Shown here: piece by piece, positions 62,123 through 64,000 of the stretch
Numbering within the stretch: the first letter of the stretch is position 1
Layout of the letters: every line of letters starts with the position of its first letter
DNA from: an uncultured Planctomycetota bacterium
GTDB taxonomy: Bacteria; Planctomycetota; Planctomycetia; Isosphaerales; Isosphaeraceae
Length of the DNA stretch: 64,000 nucleotides
NCBI GenBank assembly: GCA_963823665.1
Contig: CAWGMQ010000004.1
Location: forward strand, 2,976,001 to 3,040,000
Reading direction: 5' to 3'
Notes under the pieces: generated by a model
The model's database searches: none
Seen by the model: the letters and a program-made list of their open reading frames with translations, nothing else
What the model was told of the DNA's origin: nothing
Position numbers and translations under genes: made by a program

Positions 62123-63130
62123 ATGTCGTCACGACCGTTGCTCGAGCTCGGCGAATCCCGGCAAGGTCTCTCCTCGTTGTACGAGTTGATCGCGGCCGAG
62201 CTGGCCTCCGCCGAGGCAATCTTTCAGAAGGAGCTTGGCAGCCGCTTCCCGTTTGTGCAATCGCTGGTCGATCACTGTGCAGATTTTCAAGGCAAGCGGC
62301 TTCGGCCTGCCCTTGTGCTCTTCTCCGGGCGAGCTTGCGGGTCGCTTTCCGAGGATCACTCCGTCCTGGCGGCCGTGGTCGAGATGATTCACACGGCGAC
62401 ACTCGTGCACGACGACGTCCTCGACGAAGCAGTGATTCGCCGGCATGCTGCAACAGTCAACGCCGAGTGGGGAAACGAGACGGCCGTTCTCCTGGGCGAC
62501 TATCTGTTCACGCACGCATTTCATCTCGCCGCGTCGCTGGAATCGACCCGCGCCTGCCGCTGGATCGGCGCCGCGACCAATCGGGTCTGCGAGGGTGAGA
62601 TGCAACAGGTCTTCCACCGCGGAAACCTCGGCCTCCATGAACGCGACTACTTTGAAATCATTGAAGCGAAGACGGCCGAACTGACGGCCGTATCCTGTCG
62701 TCTGGGCGCCTTTTACGCAGGCGCAACCGAGCCCACCGTCGCCGCACTCGACGCCTACGGCCGCAATCTCGGCATCGCATTCCAGATCGCTGACGACGTG
62801 CTCGATATCTGGGGTGAAGAACGCGCCACCGGTAAGAGCCTGGGAACCGACCTGAAGCAGCAGAAGCTCACGCTCCCGGTCATCAAGTTGCTCGCGCTCG
62901 CCGGGGAGGAGTCCGTGCCGAAAATACACAGTCTGGTTGCGGGCGCAAAACCAGAAGCGCGGCGCCGGCTCAAGCCGCTTCTGGAAGAGTCCGGCGCGCT
63001 GAACCACGCCTGGCAAGTCGCCAAGCGGCACGTGAGGCTCGCAATCGACTCTCTCGATTGCCTCGCCGATTCCGAAGCCGCCGCCGCCTTGCGCACACTC
63101 GCCCAGTACGTCATCCGTCGGCCGTCCTGA
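62123..63130 (+). CDS. Polyprenyl diphosphate synthase
   Basis: GKRLRP, LVHDDVLD, FQIADDVLD, KLTLP. Confidence 0.95.
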   Translation: MSSRPLLELGESRQGLSSLYELIAAELASAEAIFQKELGSRFPFVQSLVDHCADFQGKRLRPALVLFSGRACGSLSEDHSVLAAVVEMIHTATLVHDDVLDEAVIRRHAATVNAEWGNETAVLLGDYLFTHAFHLAASLESTRACRWIGAATNRVCEGEMQQVFHRGNLGLHERDYFEIIEAKTAELTAVSCRLGAFYAGATEPTVAALDAYGRNLGIAFQIADDVLDIWGEERATGKSLGTDLKQQKLTLPVIKLLALAGEESVPKIHSLVAGAKPEARRRLKPLLEESGALNHAWQVAKRHVRLAIDSLDCLADSEAAAALRTLAQYVIRRPS

Positions 63131-63431
63131 CGTCGAAAGTCGTGCCCGTTTGGGAGACTCACCACGGCGCGACGCCATCTCGGCTCTTGTCCAACTGCTC
63201 CTCGTACTCACAATCCCACGCCTTTTTCAAAACCGAATTGAATCTACGCTGTGATCCGTTATCATGCAGCGAAGTCGACCTGCGAATGCCCTTTGAAAAA
63301 CTCGACCGACCATCCGAGTCTGCGATTTGTGCAATCTGGCCGGTCCTCGAAGTCGTTTCATGCGCGGGAGTCTTTTGTAATCTGGCGAGAAGCTTTGTTC
63401 CCCGTATCGGGGAGAGATCGCACGGCCGGCC

Positions 63432-63899
63432 ATGATACTCAAAGACAAACTCCAGATCCTGATGGCAAAGTGTGGGTTGAACGGGCAGAGACTCGCCCGG
63501 GCTTCGCAAGTGAGCGATTCGGAGATCTCGCGAATCTTGCAGGGTAAATCGCGTCCCGGTCTCGATAACGCGTTTCGGCTGGCGAAAGCCGTCAACGTCT
63601 CGCTCGACTATCTCGCTGACGACAGCCTCGACACCGAGCCCCCGCAGCCGGCCGATCACCTCACGCCGGATGAGCGCAGGATCTTGACGATCGCACAGAA
63701 GATCGGCCAAGACGAGGTCTTGACCCTGCTCGAGAACATCCGCTTCCTGGGCTACGACGTGGCCATGAGCCGCTTGGTCGGTGGCAAGCCGGTGATCGAG
63801 ATCGAGAAGGAAGTCGGCGAGACGCGGCCGGCCGTCGCTGTGGCGTCGTCGACCATGCCCGTTGGCGCGGGTCCGCGAGCCAGCTCCGCGAGCGCGTGA
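63432..63899 (+). CDS. XRE-family HTH transcriptional regulator
   Basis: LARASQVSDSEISRILQGKSRP...VSLDYL. Confidence 0.88.
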   Translation: MILKDKLQILMAKCGLNGQRLARASQVSDSEISRILQGKSRPGLDNAFRLAKAVNVSLDYLADDSLDTEPPQPADHLTPDERRILTIAQKIGQDEVLTLLENIRFLGYDVAMSRLVGGKPVIEIEKEVGETRPAVAVASSTMPVGAGPRASSASA

Positions 63900-64000
63900 A
63901 ATCCGTTCAACCCCTCGGCCCACGCCAACCAGGCGCTCGATCGATGCAGCGGCGCAAGCGGTTCGCGTGCTGTCTCAGCCGCTGCACGTGTTACAATGAC

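Overview
GC-rich bacterial DNA that looks like a planctomycete, probably Isosphaeraceae-like. This is inferred from the gene families present: ECF sigma factors with long membrane-anchored extensions, LExRxLL leader motifs, a TIGR03067-like domain and an LRR protein. Many genes, including housekeeping ones (cysS, ispF, sufB, dinG), carry short indels, several in homopolymer or GC runs, so most frameshifts are probably long-read errors. The right half (33.5-64 kb) is mostly core genome: ruvC-cysS-ispF, csrA, two aldo/keto reductases, rpsU, purB, a suf operon with rhodanese+SufE and no sufS, moaC and a polyprenyl synthase. The left half (4.5-33 kb) is an accessory region with four co-oriented one-component ECF sigma factors that share the sigma core but have different C-terminal sensor modules. 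Three of the four share a GGGAAT-N18-CACTACA promoter-like motif. They are interleaved with toxin-antitoxin modules: Rpn-family gene-within-gene loci and RelE/ParE-like pairs. The region is full of precisely cut relics: a stand-alone RpnS-like cassette and a toxin deletion that both break at the internal GAGGAGG ribosome-binding site, an orphan ECF tail in frame behind a stop, an orphan ECF promoter, and orphan antitoxin tails. It also holds an element-like block whose single large ORF encodes TGCGAAACGAACCCA motifs that are mirrored in inverted form upstream. No rRNA, tRNA, CRISPR array or recognisable integrase was seen. All family assignments come from motif recognition by eye, not from database searches.
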